Notes: generated by a model not told the origin, from the sequence alone. A stretch of DNA of 59,710 nt, filler included, from 4 parts of 4 records of this genome joined end to end with filler, not necessarily neighbours in it; one strand, 5' to 3'; counted from the whole stretch's first letter, positions 1-10,186 are shown. Program-made: numbers and translations.

Positions 1-2
1 AT

Positions 3-1163
3 CTTGATAACTTTAAAAAAGTGAACGACTCATTAGGTCATGAAGTAGGCGATAAACTTTTGATTGAAGCTGCACATAGGTTAAAAAATGTTTTAGAACA
101 AGGCGATACTATTGGTCGATTAGGCGGTGATGAGTTTATTATTTTAATTTCTAATTTAAATGATGAAAGTAATGCCAAAGCTATCACTGAGCGTTTACTC
201 AACGCGTTTAGAAAACCTTTTAAACTAGAGGGAAGAGAATTAATTCTTACATTAAGTATTGGTATTGCTATGTCACCTAAAGATGGAACGTCAGCGTCTG
301 AATTATTACGTAATGCAGACACCGCGATGTATCAAGCAAAAGCACTTGGCCGAAACACCTCTTCTTTTTTTACCCCACAAATGAATACAGCTATGCAACG
401 CCGTTTTGAAATAGAAGAGCAGATGCGTGGCGCACTTGCAAAAAGTGAATTCGAAGTCTATTACCAACCTCAGATAGATGTGCAAACTAATACGCTCATT
501 GGCGCAGAGGCATTACTGCGTTGGCATAACAACAAACTTGGCGCAATTACGCCGGATGAATTTATACCCATTGCTGAACAAACTGGTTTAATTATCCCTA
601 TAGGCGAGTTTGTAATGAAACAAGCTCTGCTTTTTTTAAAAAAATGGCAAGTAACTCACAAACAAAAGTATACGATGGCTGTTAATTTATCACCTTGTCA
701 GTTTAGGGACCCTGAACTACTCGATATGATTATTCATTCATTAAATGAAAATAATATAAATCACGAATGTTTAGAATTAGAAATCACCGAAGGTGTATTA
801 ATGAATAGCCAAGACTCTATACCTGATGCACTTAAGAGAATTGGTGAGCTAGGTATAAAGTTATCAATGGATGACTTTGGTACAGGCTACTCTTCTTTAA
901 GCTACTTACGTCAATATTCATTCGATGTCCTCAAAATAGACCGTAGTTTTATCAGTGTCATAACGGACAATAAAGCGAATTGTAATTTAGTTAAAGCGGC
1001 TATTGCCATGTCACATAGCCTAGAAATAGAGGTAGTCGCAGAGGGCGTCGAGACCAAAGAACAGCTCGATTTACTTAATGCGCTTGACTGCGACATCGCT
1101 CAGGGTTTTTATTTAAGTAAACCGTTACCCGCCGAGCAAATGATCGCCTTCTCACTAGAATAA
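3..1163 (+). CDS. GGDEF-EAL diguanylate cyclase/phosphodiesterase (5'-truncated by window edge)
   Basis: Frame is open from the window start (LDNFKKVNDSLGH). RLGGDEF, GAEALLRW, ELEITE, DDFGTGYSS and VAEGVET motifs are all intact. Confidence 0.95.
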   Translation, partial: LDNFKKVNDSLGHEVGDKLLIEAAHRLKNVLEQGDTIGRLGGDEFIILISNLNDESNAKAITERLLNAFRKPFKLEGRELILTLSIGIAMSPKDGTSASELLRNADTAMYQAKALGRNTSSFFTPQMNTAMQRRFEIEEQMRGALAKSEFEVYYQPQIDVQTNTLIGAEALLRWHNNKLGAITPDEFIPIAEQTGLIIPIGEFVMKQALLFLKKWQVTHKQKYTMAVNLSPCQFRDPELLDMIIHSLNENNINHECLELEITEGVLMNSQDSIPDALKRIGELGIKLSMDDFGTGYSSLSYLRQYSFDVLKIDRSFISVITDNKANCNLVKAAIAMSHSLEIEVVAEGVETKEQLDLLNALDCDIAQGFYLSKPLPAEQMIAFSLE

Positions 1164-1211
1164 CGAAAAGTATTCTAATTACGGTTTTTTGGCTTATGTG
1201 GTTAAAGCAAA

Positions 1212-1931
1212 TTACCCGTGGTTTTGAATGTACTCCAGTGCTGTCATTTTCTTATAAGTGACATTTGAGTGCATAACATGGGCCGGAGCGGGGTCAACAA
1301 TCTCAATCGGTATGTCGTAGTTGCGTGCAATTTCCAATGCCATTTGCGTAATATTGACGCTAAATGACGTCCCCATAAATACGATTTTATCAGCCGCAAG
1401 CATTCGCGATTGCGCTTCACTAATACGATAGAGTTCAGTGTAATATTCATCAAATAGCAGCACAAAGGGCTTTAGCGATTGGTTAAGCACCGGCTGGCAG
1501 TTTACAATTTGAAACAATTCAAGTAACGAATCATGCAAACGACTTTCGTTTACGTTATCCCAAGGTGTAGCTTGTGGTGTGACATCATCCCCCTGATGAT
1601 GAAACAACGTCATTTGATCAAGTCGGCCATGGATAGCAATGTACTCGCTGTTCCCTGCTTTGCCGTCTAGTCCATCGATATTTTGCGTGATTAAGTTTTT
1701 ATCGCTAAGCCAATGGTGTACCTCATTAGGACCATGATGTCGATAAGTCGCAAAACGATGGTAATACCATGCTAAAAACTCACGAGGATTGTTTTTATAC
1801 ATTGCGCGAGTGGCCATTTCCATTGGCGTATAGTTTTGACTGCCAATAGTCCAATAGCCATCTTCTCCACGAAAAGTTGGAATGCCACTAGCTGCACTCA
1901 CACCAGCACCTGTTATATAAAGTGTATTCAT
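1212..1931 (-). CDS. SIR2/CobB-like NAD-dependent deacylase (class III-like, no Zn-ribbon cysteines)
   Basis: GAGVSAASGIPTFRG, TQNIDGL, IHG catalytic His and GTS motifs. WYYHR resembles the class III YxxR motif. Only one Cys in the protein. Confidence 0.9.
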   Translation of the reverse strand: MNTLYITGAGVSAASGIPTFRGEDGYWTIGSQNYTPMEMATRAMYKNNPREFLAWYYHRFATYRHHGPNEVHHWLSDKNLITQNIDGLDGKAGNSEYIAIHGRLDQMTLFHHQGDDVTPQATPWDNVNESRLHDSLLELFQIVNCQPVLNQSLKPFVLLFDEYYTELYRISEAQSRMLAADKIVFMGTSFSVNITQMALEIARNYDIPIEIVDPAPAHVMHSNVTYKKMTALEYIQNHG

Positions 1932-2959
1932 AAGGGGGACTTAATCTTATAACCAAGTACATCGGCTATTACTTTTTGATCATTATTCATGCCACCAATA
2001 CGGTACACGCTGCCTTGGTGTTCTAATAAGCCTCGATGATCCATACTCGCTGTATCGGCTTTTGTCATTATTTGCCAATTATTTTTAGCTGCATCAAAGC
2101 GCCAAACATGATTACTCGCTGGCGCTGGTTTGCCATTATATCCCATACCATTGTAGTTATAAGGATTTGCAGATCCCCCCACCATGTAAATGCGACCTTT
2201 CAAACTTGTAGCCGCCATACGATAATGCGCCATATTGGTTGGGTGAGGTAGTGTTCGCCAATCTATTTTTAAAGGGTTGGTAGCGTCTATGGTACCTTTT
2301 AAGCACTGAGCAATTGGAGCAAATGAGCGTCGTTTATCAGCGTTTGCTTGAGTTTTGACGCCATCACAAATCACAATAATGTTATCACTGATCGCAGCTG
2401 CATGACCAAACACCGGCTCACCTAAAAACGGCGAGGCTTGTTGCCAAGTATCTGTTTGTGTGTCATATACCTGCACTAAATTAACGTTGCCATCATTGTG
2501 CCAGCCACTCACTAAATAGATATAACGCTGCTGATAGCTCAATGCCACACTGTCATCCACAGGTACCGGCATATTTGCAAGCTGCGTATAGCGGTCATTT
2601 TTTAAATCATAACGGTAGACATCTGGGCTGGATATTTCTGTGTGATCACTACTAACCGTATAGCCGCCAAATACATAAGCATATTCGCCAAGGCCTACAG
2701 CGGTGCTGGCTAAACGCCCTCTGGGCTGCAAACTACTGGGCACAGGTGATTTTGCCTGCCACTGCTTGTCACCGAGTTTTAGCGCCCACACTTTGTTATG
2801 CACACTGTGGTGATCTTTATTTGCACCTAAGCCCATAAAGCTTAAAAAGTAAGGGGATTTGTTTACAACAACTTTAGCAACCGCGTTATTTGCAACGGGC
2901 TCAGGTAAGGCAGGTAAACTTGCTAAAGCAATGGAGAAAAGTAGGCTCATAAATATCAT
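1928..2959 (-). CDS. Kelch-repeat beta-propeller protein, probably exported
   Basis: Repeated hydrophobic-GG...Y/W Kelch units (YVFGGY, IYLVSGW, IYMVGG, YRIGG) and a hydrophobic N-terminus. Its stop overlaps the sirtuin ATG (ATGA). Confidence 0.85.
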   Translation of the reverse strand: MIFMSLLFSIALASLPALPEPVANNAVAKVVVNKSPYFLSFMGLGANKDHHSVHNKVWALKLGDKQWQAKSPVPSSLQPRGRLASTAVGLGEYAYVFGGYTVSSDHTEISSPDVYRYDLKNDRYTQLANMPVPVDDSVALSYQQRYIYLVSGWHNDGNVNLVQVYDTQTDTWQQASPFLGEPVFGHAAAISDNIIVICDGVKTQANADKRRSFAPIAQCLKGTIDATNPLKIDWRTLPHPTNMAHYRMAATSLKGRIYMVGGSANPYNYNGMGYNGKPAPASNHVWRFDAAKNNWQIMTKADTASMDHRGLLEHQGSVYRIGGMNNDQKVIADVLGYKIKSPL

Positions 2960-3012
2960 TCACTGATCACATGTTGATTAAGAATACCATTTATGTGCCT
3001 TTGAAAAAAACC

Positions 3013-3645
3013 TTAATAAGCCACACTGATACGTTGATTAATATGCGCGGCATTTTGTGCTTCATCTAACATTGCGCGGACGTAATCAGCGACTGAAATT
3101 TTACTTTCACCTTGTTCATTAGTAAAAAAGGCGTCCCCCCCAATACGATACGCGCCTTCACTCGTGCCTGGGTAAATAACAGCTGCGGGGCTTACAAATG
3201 TCCATTTTGTGGCAGTGTTGCTTGCTCTAAAAACATCTAAAGCTTCACCTTGTGCCAAAGCCTCATCTTTATATTCTGCAGGAAAATCTGGTGATGATAC
3301 TAAAGTAACGCCAGGTGAAATCTCTAAGCTTCCTGCACCACCGACCCACAGTAAACGAGTATTACTTCCTGACAGAGCCGTTAACAAACGTTTTGCAGTA
3401 CTGGCAACCAACTCATGATTGCCTTCGGCACGCCCGCCAATTGACGCAATAACCACATCAGCACCAGTAAGCAAAGGGGTTATATCGTCATTTGATTGCA
3501 AATCAAAGCTCTTTACGGTGATATTATTTGTGGTTAATTCTTCAGGGTTTCTGGCTACTGCTGTTATTTGATGGCCACGAAGCAATGCTTGTGCAGTGAG
3601 CTCACCGCCTATCCAACCCGTTGCACCTAAAATAGTTATATTCAT
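3013..3645 (-). CDS. NAD(P)-dependent oxidoreductase (atypical SDR, YwnB/biliverdin reductase B-like)
   Basis: MNITILGATGWIG Rossmann motif, VGGAGSL, WTFVSP, ISVADY. Start moved to the ATG at 3645, which follows an AAGGA RBS. Confidence 0.9.
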   Translation of the reverse strand: MNITILGATGWIGGELTAQALLRGHQITAVARNPEELTTNNITVKSFDLQSNDDITPLLTGADVVIASIGGRAEGNHELVASTAKRLLTALSGSNTRLLWVGGAGSLEISPGVTLVSSPDFPAEYKDEALAQGEALDVFRASNTATKWTFVSPAAVIYPGTSEGAYRIGGDAFFTNEQGESKISVADYVRAMLDEAQNAAHINQRISVAY

Positions 3646-3768
3646 ATCTGTATCCTTAAAAAGTTTTATCATCTGAGTCGTATCTCAGCTGTTGATAATC
3701 AGTTTACTTGCTCACTAATTGATGATAAACAAACTTATAGACACACATTAGTTCAAAATAGGATACTA

Positions 3769-4653
3769 ATGGACAAAATAACTGCAATCCAAAGCTTTGT
3801 TGAAGTCGCCCGTACTGGCAGCTTCACAAAAGCAGCTAACAACTTAGACCTAAGTCGCTTACAAGTTACCCGCCACGTACAAGACATTGAGTACTGGCTG
3901 AGTTTGCGGTTATTTCACCGCACTACACGTAAAGTCAGTTTAACCAATCAAGGCGAAGAGGCGCTTGTCTACTGCAAGCAATTACTCAGCACCGTATCGG
4001 ATTTGCAAAGTAGAGCCCATAGTCATAATAACGATCTGGTGGGCACAATCAGAATTGCAGCCCCAATTGGCCTTGGACAAAACTTATTATTTGATGCAAT
4101 TGAGGAGTTTGTAGGCTTACATCCGAATACGAAATTTCAAATGGTACTCTCAGATAGCCTATCGCAACTAGTGGATGAACGCGTAGACATCGCCCTGCGT
4201 TATACTCACCAGCCCGATGAACAGCTTATTGCTCGTAAATTAATGTTTATAAGTACAGTTGTATGTGCATCCCCAAACTATTTAGCTAATAACAGTCCCA
4301 TTATCACTCCACAAGATTTATTAAAGCATAACTGTTTATCACACAGTGGTAGTTCAACATGGCATTTTTTGGGGGAAAACTCAGATGAAAAAATCTCAGT
4401 AAAAGGTAATATTGAAGCCAATGATATGACGGTGTTACGAAAAGCAGCAATCAGTGGAATAGGAGTTGCAAATCTAACTTGTGACTTAGCGCAAGAATAT
4501 TTGAAAACAAAGCAACTGGTTAAAGTAATGCCCAACTACTCTACCCCTGGCAACCATTTATGGGCCGTTTACTTATCACGCAACTTTCAACAAAATTTGG
4601 TCCGAGCTTTTATCGACTTTTTAGCCCAGCGTTGGCAACACGACATACTGTGA
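3769..4653 (+). CDS. LysR-family transcriptional regulator (CrgA-like), divergent from the oxidoreductase
   Basis: N-terminal HTH (GSFTKAA...LFHRTTRKVSLT) and LysR substrate-binding domain. Confidence 0.95.
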   Translation: MDKITAIQSFVEVARTGSFTKAANNLDLSRLQVTRHVQDIEYWLSLRLFHRTTRKVSLTNQGEEALVYCKQLLSTVSDLQSRAHSHNNDLVGTIRIAAPIGLGQNLLFDAIEEFVGLHPNTKFQMVLSDSLSQLVDERVDIALRYTHQPDEQLIARKLMFISTVVCASPNYLANNSPIITPQDLLKHNCLSHSGSSTWHFLGENSDEKISVKGNIEANDMTVLRKAAISGIGVANLTCDLAQEYLKTKQLVKVMPNYSTPGNHLWAVYLSRNFQQNLVRAFIDFLAQRWQHDIL

Positions 4654-4709
4654 CTTTTGATTAGCGCTTACCTAAATCAATTTCCCCCATTTTAAAGTCA
4701 TTCCAATGC

Positions 4710-4804
4710 ACTACAAAAACAGCGTGTAGTATAGGTATATTACCCGTTCCCGATTTGTGTATGTTTTACTATAAATCAACAATACGTAGGGTACTTATAC
4801 CTAC
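4710..4804. promoter_or_regulatory. Two palindromes upstream of the pfpI operon, candidate RHH operators
   Basis: ACTACA-N9-TGTAGT (4710-4730) and GTAGG-N9-CCTAC (4786-4804) share a GTAG/CTAC half-site. Confidence 0.4.
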
Positions 4805-4831
4805 ATTTTTTACACATAAACGGAGCATAAA

Positions 4832-5389
4832 ATGGCTAAAGTACTTATGATCACTGGCGACTTTGTAGAAGACTATGAAAACATGGTGCCTTTTCAAGCG
4901 TTATTAGCAATGGGACATGATGTTGATGCCGTATGCCCTGATAAAAAAGCCGGTGATACCATAGCAACATCAATTCATGACTTTGAGGGCGATCAAACTT
5001 ACACAGAAAAACGTGGTCATAATTTTGCACTCAATGCGAGCTTTGCACAAATTGATATGAACGATTATGACGCGCTTTATTTACCGGGCGGCCGTGCCCC
5101 TGAGTATCTACGTTTAAACCCAACTGTGATTGAAATCATTCAACATTTTGCCAAGGCAGACAAACCAATCGCTTCTATTTGCCATGGCCCACAATTACTC
5201 ACAGCGGCAGGTGTTATTGAAGGTAAAAAAGTCTCTGCCTACCCTGCATGCCAACCTGAAGTAGAAATGGCCGGTGCAGAATATGTTGAACTTCCTATGG
5301 ATGGTGCAATAACCGACGGCCAATTAGTCACTGCGCCTGCATGGCCTGCCCACCCTGCCATGTTAAAACAATTTGTGGCATTGTTATAA
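4832..5389 (+). CDS. DJ-1/PfpI family protein (glyoxalase III-like)
   Basis: GDFVEDYE (catalytic Glu), [14 protein letters not shown] nucleophile elbow. Recalled similarity to the plant DJ-1d subfamily (VCPxKKAGD...HDFEGxQTYxExRGHNFxLNA). Confidence 0.93.
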   Translation: MAKVLMITGDFVEDYENMVPFQALLAMGHDVDAVCPDKKAGDTIATSIHDFEGDQTYTEKRGHNFALNASFAQIDMNDYDALYLPGGRAPEYLRLNPTVIEIIQHFAKADKPIASICHGPQLLTAAGVIEGKKVSAYPACQPEVEMAGAEYVELPMDGAITDGQLVTAPAWPAHPAMLKQFVALL

Positions 5390-5428
5390 ACATAATATCA
5401 ACGTACAAAGCATCAAGGGTTAAATGAT

Positions 5429-5827
5429 ATGTGCCAACTTTTTATAAATGCTGACAGCCGACTATGGACATGTCGTACCAAATCTTTACGTATTGATGGC
5501 GTAGTCACCTCTATTCGTCTCGAAGAGTTCTTTTGGGATATTCTAGCTGAGGTGGCGTTTCGTGACCAAATGACAGTTAATCAAATGATCACCAAACTCT
5601 ACCTTGAATCTCTTGATGCTGACCATGATATTGGCAACTTTACGTCATTCTTACGGGTTTGTTGCTCACGCTATTTATCGCTGGTGGCAGATGGCGATAT
5701 AGCACGAGATGAGACTGTGGCTCTTAACGATATCGATGCAAAACACGTTTTACAGCAGGAACAACTTCGTACAACACTGCGCAAAACACGCTTCGAAGAC
5801 TCGCCTATAAAACCCGCTATAAACTAA
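5429..5827 (+). CDS. Ribbon-helix-helix (RHH_4-like) DNA-binding protein
   Basis: TKSLRIDGVVTSIRLEEFFWDILAEVA...NFTSFLRVCC signature. 39 bp after pfpI. Confidence 0.8.
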   Translation: MCQLFINADSRLWTCRTKSLRIDGVVTSIRLEEFFWDILAEVAFRDQMTVNQMITKLYLESLDADHDIGNFTSFLRVCCSRYLSLVADGDIARDETVALNDIDAKHVLQQEQLRTTLRKTRFEDSPIKPAIN

Positions 5828-5840
5828 TCTGAGAACATAA

Positions 5841-7529
5841 ATGTCACACTTATCACTTATTGCCTCATTAAAAGACATAGTGGGCGCGCGGCATGTACTA
5901 ACCTCTGAACGCGCAACAGCCCCATACCGTAAAGGCTTTAGAGAAGGCCAAGGCCCGGCACTTGCGGTTGTAAAGCCTGCGACATTATTGCAGCAATGGC
6001 ATATTTTAAACGCTTGTGTAGACGCAGGAGTGATTATTATTATGCAAGCTGCCAATACAGGGTTAACGGGTGGTTCCACCCCAACTGAAAATTGCGACCG
6101 AAACACGGTAATCATCAACACCACGCGTATCAAAGATATTCAGGTACTGCCTGCGCAGCAACAAATTGTCGCATTTCCAGGTGCCAGCTTATTCTCACTA
6201 GAAAAAGCATTATCACCGTTTGGACGCGTGCCTCACTCAGTAATTGGCTCATCATGCATTGGTGCATCAATTGTTGGCGGGGTTTGCAATAACTCAGGTG
6301 GCGCATTGGTAGAGCGAGGCCCAGCTTACACGGAGCTGGCCATATACGCACAAATAAACAACGATGGAACAGTCAGCTTAATTAACAACCTTGATATTGA
6401 ACTAGGCACCACACCCGAGCAAATACTCACTAACTTACAAAATAAAAATTACACTCAGTCTGATATCAAAACAACCTCAAAACACGCATCAGACCGCGAC
6501 TATGCCGACTGGGTAAGAAAAACAGATCAAGACACGCCAGCACGTTTTAACGCAGATCCAAGGCGCTTATATCAAGCCAGCGGCTGTGCGGGTAAACTTG
6601 CAGTATTTGCGGTGCGTGTAGACACCTTTGCTAAAAATGAACTTGAGCATACGTTTTATTTAGGCACTAACTCAAGTAGCGCATTGCAAGCTGTACGTAA
6701 AACACTACTCGAGCAAGCCACTAGCATACCAGTGTATGCCGAGTATTTGCATCGTGATATGTTTGAACTTGCGGATGATTATGGCCGCGACACAGTGCTT
6801 CTAATCAAAAACTTAGGCACTAACTGGCTGCCCAAATTTTTTAATATAAAACGCCAATTAGATACAGTTTGTCAAAAACTGCCTTTTTTACCAAAAAACG
6901 CAGTCGATAAACTTGTTTACCGACTTACAAAGCTATTCCCAAGCCAAACGCCTCAAACGCTAAAGCAGTATAATACGCAATATCAACATCAATTAATCTT
7001 GACCGTTAAAGGCAATGCATATCAACACACCTTAATGTTACTTGAGCAAGTACAAACAGAATATCTCCTCGATTTTTTCCAGTGCGATGAGCAAGAAACT
7101 AAAGCAGCCTATTTACTGCGTTTTGCAGCCGCAGGCGCTGCTGTGCAGTACGCCAAAGTAAATCACCACCAAGTAGAAGATATACTCGCACTGGATATTG
7201 CCTTAAAACGTAACGACACCGATTGGTTTGAAAAACTGCCACCTAGCATTACCAATAAACTCATAAGCAAACTCTACTACGGCCATTTTTTATGCCACGT
7301 ATTCCATCAAGATTACTTAGTAAAAAAAGGAGAAGACTGCGAAGCTGTTAAAGCCGCCCTGCTTGAGCTATTAGAGCAACGCGGCGCTGAGTATCCAGCT
7401 GAGCATAACGTAGGGCATCATTATCATGCAAAGCCAGCACTGGCTGATAATTACCGCAGTTTAGACCCAACCAACACCTTAAATGCAGGCATTGGCGGCA
7501 TGTCTAAAAAACGTGATTACGCAGAGTGA
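5841..7529 (+). CDS. dld: Membrane-associated FAD-dependent D-lactate dehydrogenase
   Basis: QAANTGLTGGSTP, PHSVIGSSCIGASIVGGVCNNSGG, YYGHFLCHVFHQDY and GAEYPAEHNVGH match E. coli Dld. 562 aa. Confidence 0.95.
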   Translation: MSHLSLIASLKDIVGARHVLTSERATAPYRKGFREGQGPALAVVKPATLLQQWHILNACVDAGVIIIMQAANTGLTGGSTPTENCDRNTVIINTTRIKDIQVLPAQQQIVAFPGASLFSLEKALSPFGRVPHSVIGSSCIGASIVGGVCNNSGGALVERGPAYTELAIYAQINNDGTVSLINNLDIELGTTPEQILTNLQNKNYTQSDIKTTSKHASDRDYADWVRKTDQDTPARFNADPRRLYQASGCAGKLAVFAVRVDTFAKNELEHTFYLGTNSSSALQAVRKTLLEQATSIPVYAEYLHRDMFELADDYGRDTVLLIKNLGTNWLPKFFNIKRQLDTVCQKLPFLPKNAVDKLVYRLTKLFPSQTPQTLKQYNTQYQHQLILTVKGNAYQHTLMLLEQVQTEYLLDFFQCDEQETKAAYLLRFAAAGAAVQYAKVNHHQVEDILALDIALKRNDTDWFEKLPPSITNKLISKLYYGHFLCHVFHQDYLVKKGEDCEAVKAALLELLEQRGAEYPAEHNVGHHYHAKPALADNYRSLDPTNTLNAGIGGMSKKRDYAE

Positions 7530-7597
7530 GTTGTTGAGAGTTAGTCCATATTTAAAAGCGCACAGTACTCAATAGCTCCAGTATGGTGCGCTAATAG

Positions 7598-7843
7598 TTA
7601 CCCCGTTAACCTTACATATTTCTCTGCCAGTTCATCTAAGCTCTCACGATGATTAGGGTCGGCCTTTATACAATCTATCGGGCATACGCTCACGCAAGTT
7701 GGTTTGTCGTAGTGGCCCACGCATTCGGTGCACTTTGCGGGGTCTATTTGGTAGATTTTGGCGCCCATATAAATGGCTTCATTTGGGCACTCTGGATCGC
7801 ACATATCACAGTTAATGCACTTGCTGTTTATAAGTAAAGCCAC
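7598..7843 (-). CDS. yfhL: YfhL-family 2x[4Fe-4S] ferredoxin
   Basis: CINCDMCDPECP and CTECVGH...CVSVCP. Lies directly downstream of trhP, its known neighbour. Confidence 0.93.
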   Translation of the reverse strand: MALLINSKCINCDMCDPECPNEAIYMGAKIYQIDPAKCTECVGHYDKPTCVSVCPIDCIKADPNHRESLDELAEKYVRLTG

Positions 7844-7846
7844 GGT

Positions 7847-9241
7847 TCAAACACCTACCACGGCTTTTTTAAACGGGTTGCGGGTATCTTGGTTTTCATC
7901 AAGATTGCGCATTAAAATGGCGTGTTCTAAATCAATACTTTCAGGCAGTGGGATTTTGACAACGTGGCCAGAGCCTTTTGCATCAGTAATTTCCTCGCCT
8001 TTTTTGTTTTTCATCGCCTGTAGCGTAAAGTTAAAGTTACCCAGCGGGGTCATTAATTCCAGTGAGTGGCCAACACAAAACTTATTTTTTACGTCAATTT
8101 CAACTAGCCCATTGTCATCTCGACCGAGCACTTCACCTACAAACTGCTGTTTATCAGAGACCGAGTGGCCGTATTCATAGTTTTGGTAGTCTTGATGGGC
8201 GTGGCGCTTTAAAAAGCCTTCGGTGTAACCCCGATGTGCCAGGCTCTCAAGAGTTTTAAATAAATCAGCATCAAACGGTTTACCTGCAACGGCGTCATCA
8301 ATTGCTTTACGATATACCTGCGCAGTGCGGGCTACGTAATAAAATGACTTAGTACGCCCTTCTATTTTTAAACTATGCACGCCCATTTTTGTTAATTGCT
8401 CTACATATTGCACTGCACGCAAGTCTTTTGAATTCATGATGTATGTGCCGTGCTCATCTTCAAACGCCGGCATGTACTCACCTGGGCGGCCTTGTTCTTC
8501 AAGCATAAATACATCATTGCTTGGTGCGCCTTCACCCAATGTTGGTATTACTGCTTTGGGGTCTATTTTGTGCACCATTTCACCGGTTTCGTTTTCAGTG
8601 CCAGGTTTTACGTCGTATTCCCAACGACATGCATTAGTGCAAGTGCCTTGGTTAGGGTCGCGTTTATTTATGTAACCTGAGAGCAAGCAGCGCCCAGAGT
8701 ACGCCATACATAACGCACCATGCACAAATACTTCTAATTCTGTTTCAGGGCATAGTTCACGAATTTCAGCAATTTCTTCAAGCGATAATTCGCGCGATAA
8801 AATAACGCGCTCTATGCCCTGCTTTGCCCAAAACTTAACGCTGGCGTAATTGACTGCATTGGCTTGCACTGATAAATGAATGGGCATATCAGGCCATTTA
8901 TCTCGCACTAACATAATTAAGCCCGGATCAGACATGATCAAGGCATCTGGCCCCATCGCAATAACCGGTTCAATATCACGTAAATACGATTTCACTTTGG
9001 CGTTATGTGGCGCAATATTGGATACCACATAAAACTTTTTATTTAATGCATGAGCTTCATCAATGCCAACTTTAAGGGTATCAAGGTCAAACTCATTATT
9101 ACGCACTCTTAAGCTATAACGTGGTTGACCTGCATAAACAGCATCAGCACCATAGGCAAACGCATAGCGCATATTTTTTAAACTACCAGCTGGTGAGAGT
9201 AATTCTGGTACAAACGTATTTGAAGAGGATATTGACGACAT
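7847..9241 (-). CDS. trhP: Peptidase-U32 family tRNA hydroxylation protein TrhP/YegQ
   Basis: PELLSPAGS, YAGQPRYSLRVRNNEF, HGALCMAYSGRCLLS, NQGTCTNACRW, LKIEGRTKS. Start placed at ATG 9241 after GGAG. Confidence 0.95.
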   Translation of the reverse strand: MSSISSSNTFVPELLSPAGSLKNMRYAFAYGADAVYAGQPRYSLRVRNNEFDLDTLKVGIDEAHALNKKFYVVSNIAPHNAKVKSYLRDIEPVIAMGPDALIMSDPGLIMLVRDKWPDMPIHLSVQANAVNYASVKFWAKQGIERVILSRELSLEEIAEIRELCPETELEVFVHGALCMAYSGRCLLSGYINKRDPNQGTCTNACRWEYDVKPGTENETGEMVHKIDPKAVIPTLGEGAPSNDVFMLEEQGRPGEYMPAFEDEHGTYIMNSKDLRAVQYVEQLTKMGVHSLKIEGRTKSFYYVARTAQVYRKAIDDAVAGKPFDADLFKTLESLAHRGYTEGFLKRHAHQDYQNYEYGHSVSDKQQFVGEVLGRDDNGLVEIDVKNKFCVGHSLELMTPLGNFNFTLQAMKNKKGEEITDAKGSGHVVKIPLPESIDLEHAILMRNLDENQDTRNPFKKAVVGV

Positions 9242-9359
9242 GTGCGCTCCATACATCGAACTGGGGTCAAGCCAGTTGCATGAATAATTAAATAGAGCGC
9301 GATAGTATAAATAGCTAATAAAAAGGAATGTTGATCCTGATCACAAAATCTCAATAGAG

Positions 9360-9956
9360 CTATTCATTGCCTGTAATTAATAGCTCAGTTGTCTCAATGA
9401 TAATTTGCTTATCATCAACCATAAACTCAATATAAAATAGATGACTACTCTCAACCTCTGGGGCTTGATTTAATATTAAAGAAAAATATCGCGGCGCGCT
9501 GATAGGTAAGTCACCCTGTAGCTGTTTCAGTGTGAGTGATTCGCCATAGTCAAAATCCCCCGTATCAATACTCTGAACTGAAAATACCTCATTAAGGCTC
9601 GTTCCGGCGATTAGCTTTGAATTGTAGTCAGCCGTAGAATAAATATTAAACTCAGAGAGTGTATTGATTGAGCCTAAAATAACCGGCAGTCCAACACAGT
9701 CGGTACTGTATTTTTTATTTGGATCAAATTCATTGCCCGGCGCAAAAACAGCCTCGCCACTTGACTCAAAGTTAAACACTAGATAATTAAACACCACGGC
9801 TGTGTTATCTTGAGACACGTTGCCGTCTACTGATAAATCGATTGCGTTAACATCCACACCAATTGCTGTTGGCGGACACGGTAACTCCCCTTCCTTATCT
9901 GAACCGCACGCGCTTAAAAATGCACCCAACATACAGATAAACATAAACTTTTTCAT
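9360..9956 (-). CDS. Hypothetical lipoprotein
   Basis: MKK-hydrophobic-LSAC lipobox with AGGGA upstream. No recognisable domain. Confidence 0.75.
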   Translation of the reverse strand: MKKFMFICMLGAFLSACGSDKEGELPCPPTAIGVDVNAIDLSVDGNVSQDNTAVVFNYLVFNFESSGEAVFAPGNEFDPNKKYSTDCVGLPVILGSINTLSEFNIYSTADYNSKLIAGTSLNEVFSVQSIDTGDFDYGESLTLKQLQGDLPISAPRYFSLILNQAPEVESSHLFYIEFMVDDKQIIIETTELLITGNE

Positions 9957-10186
9957 ACTTTTTAAATCCCTTTAATGTGAACTAACAACGTTAGTCAAGT
10001 TTTGTGAAAAATACAACAATCGTTTTTGGGAACACATTACCGAGCAGGTTTTTGTGGGTATTTTATTCTTTCATTAAATTGCCACATAGACCCTATTTAA
10101 TAAAATTAGGCATTTTGCTATAAAACGCGTATAATTCGCGCCCGTTAATATTCACACTTTTACTTAAAAATTATTGGAGCATAAAG

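Noticed and set aside
1212..1931. Sir2 as an anti-phage effector (Thoeris ThsA/DSR-like)
   Set aside because: Short stand-alone protein with CobB-type motifs (GIPTFRG, YxxR). No TIR, HerA, Argonaute or other defence partner nearby.
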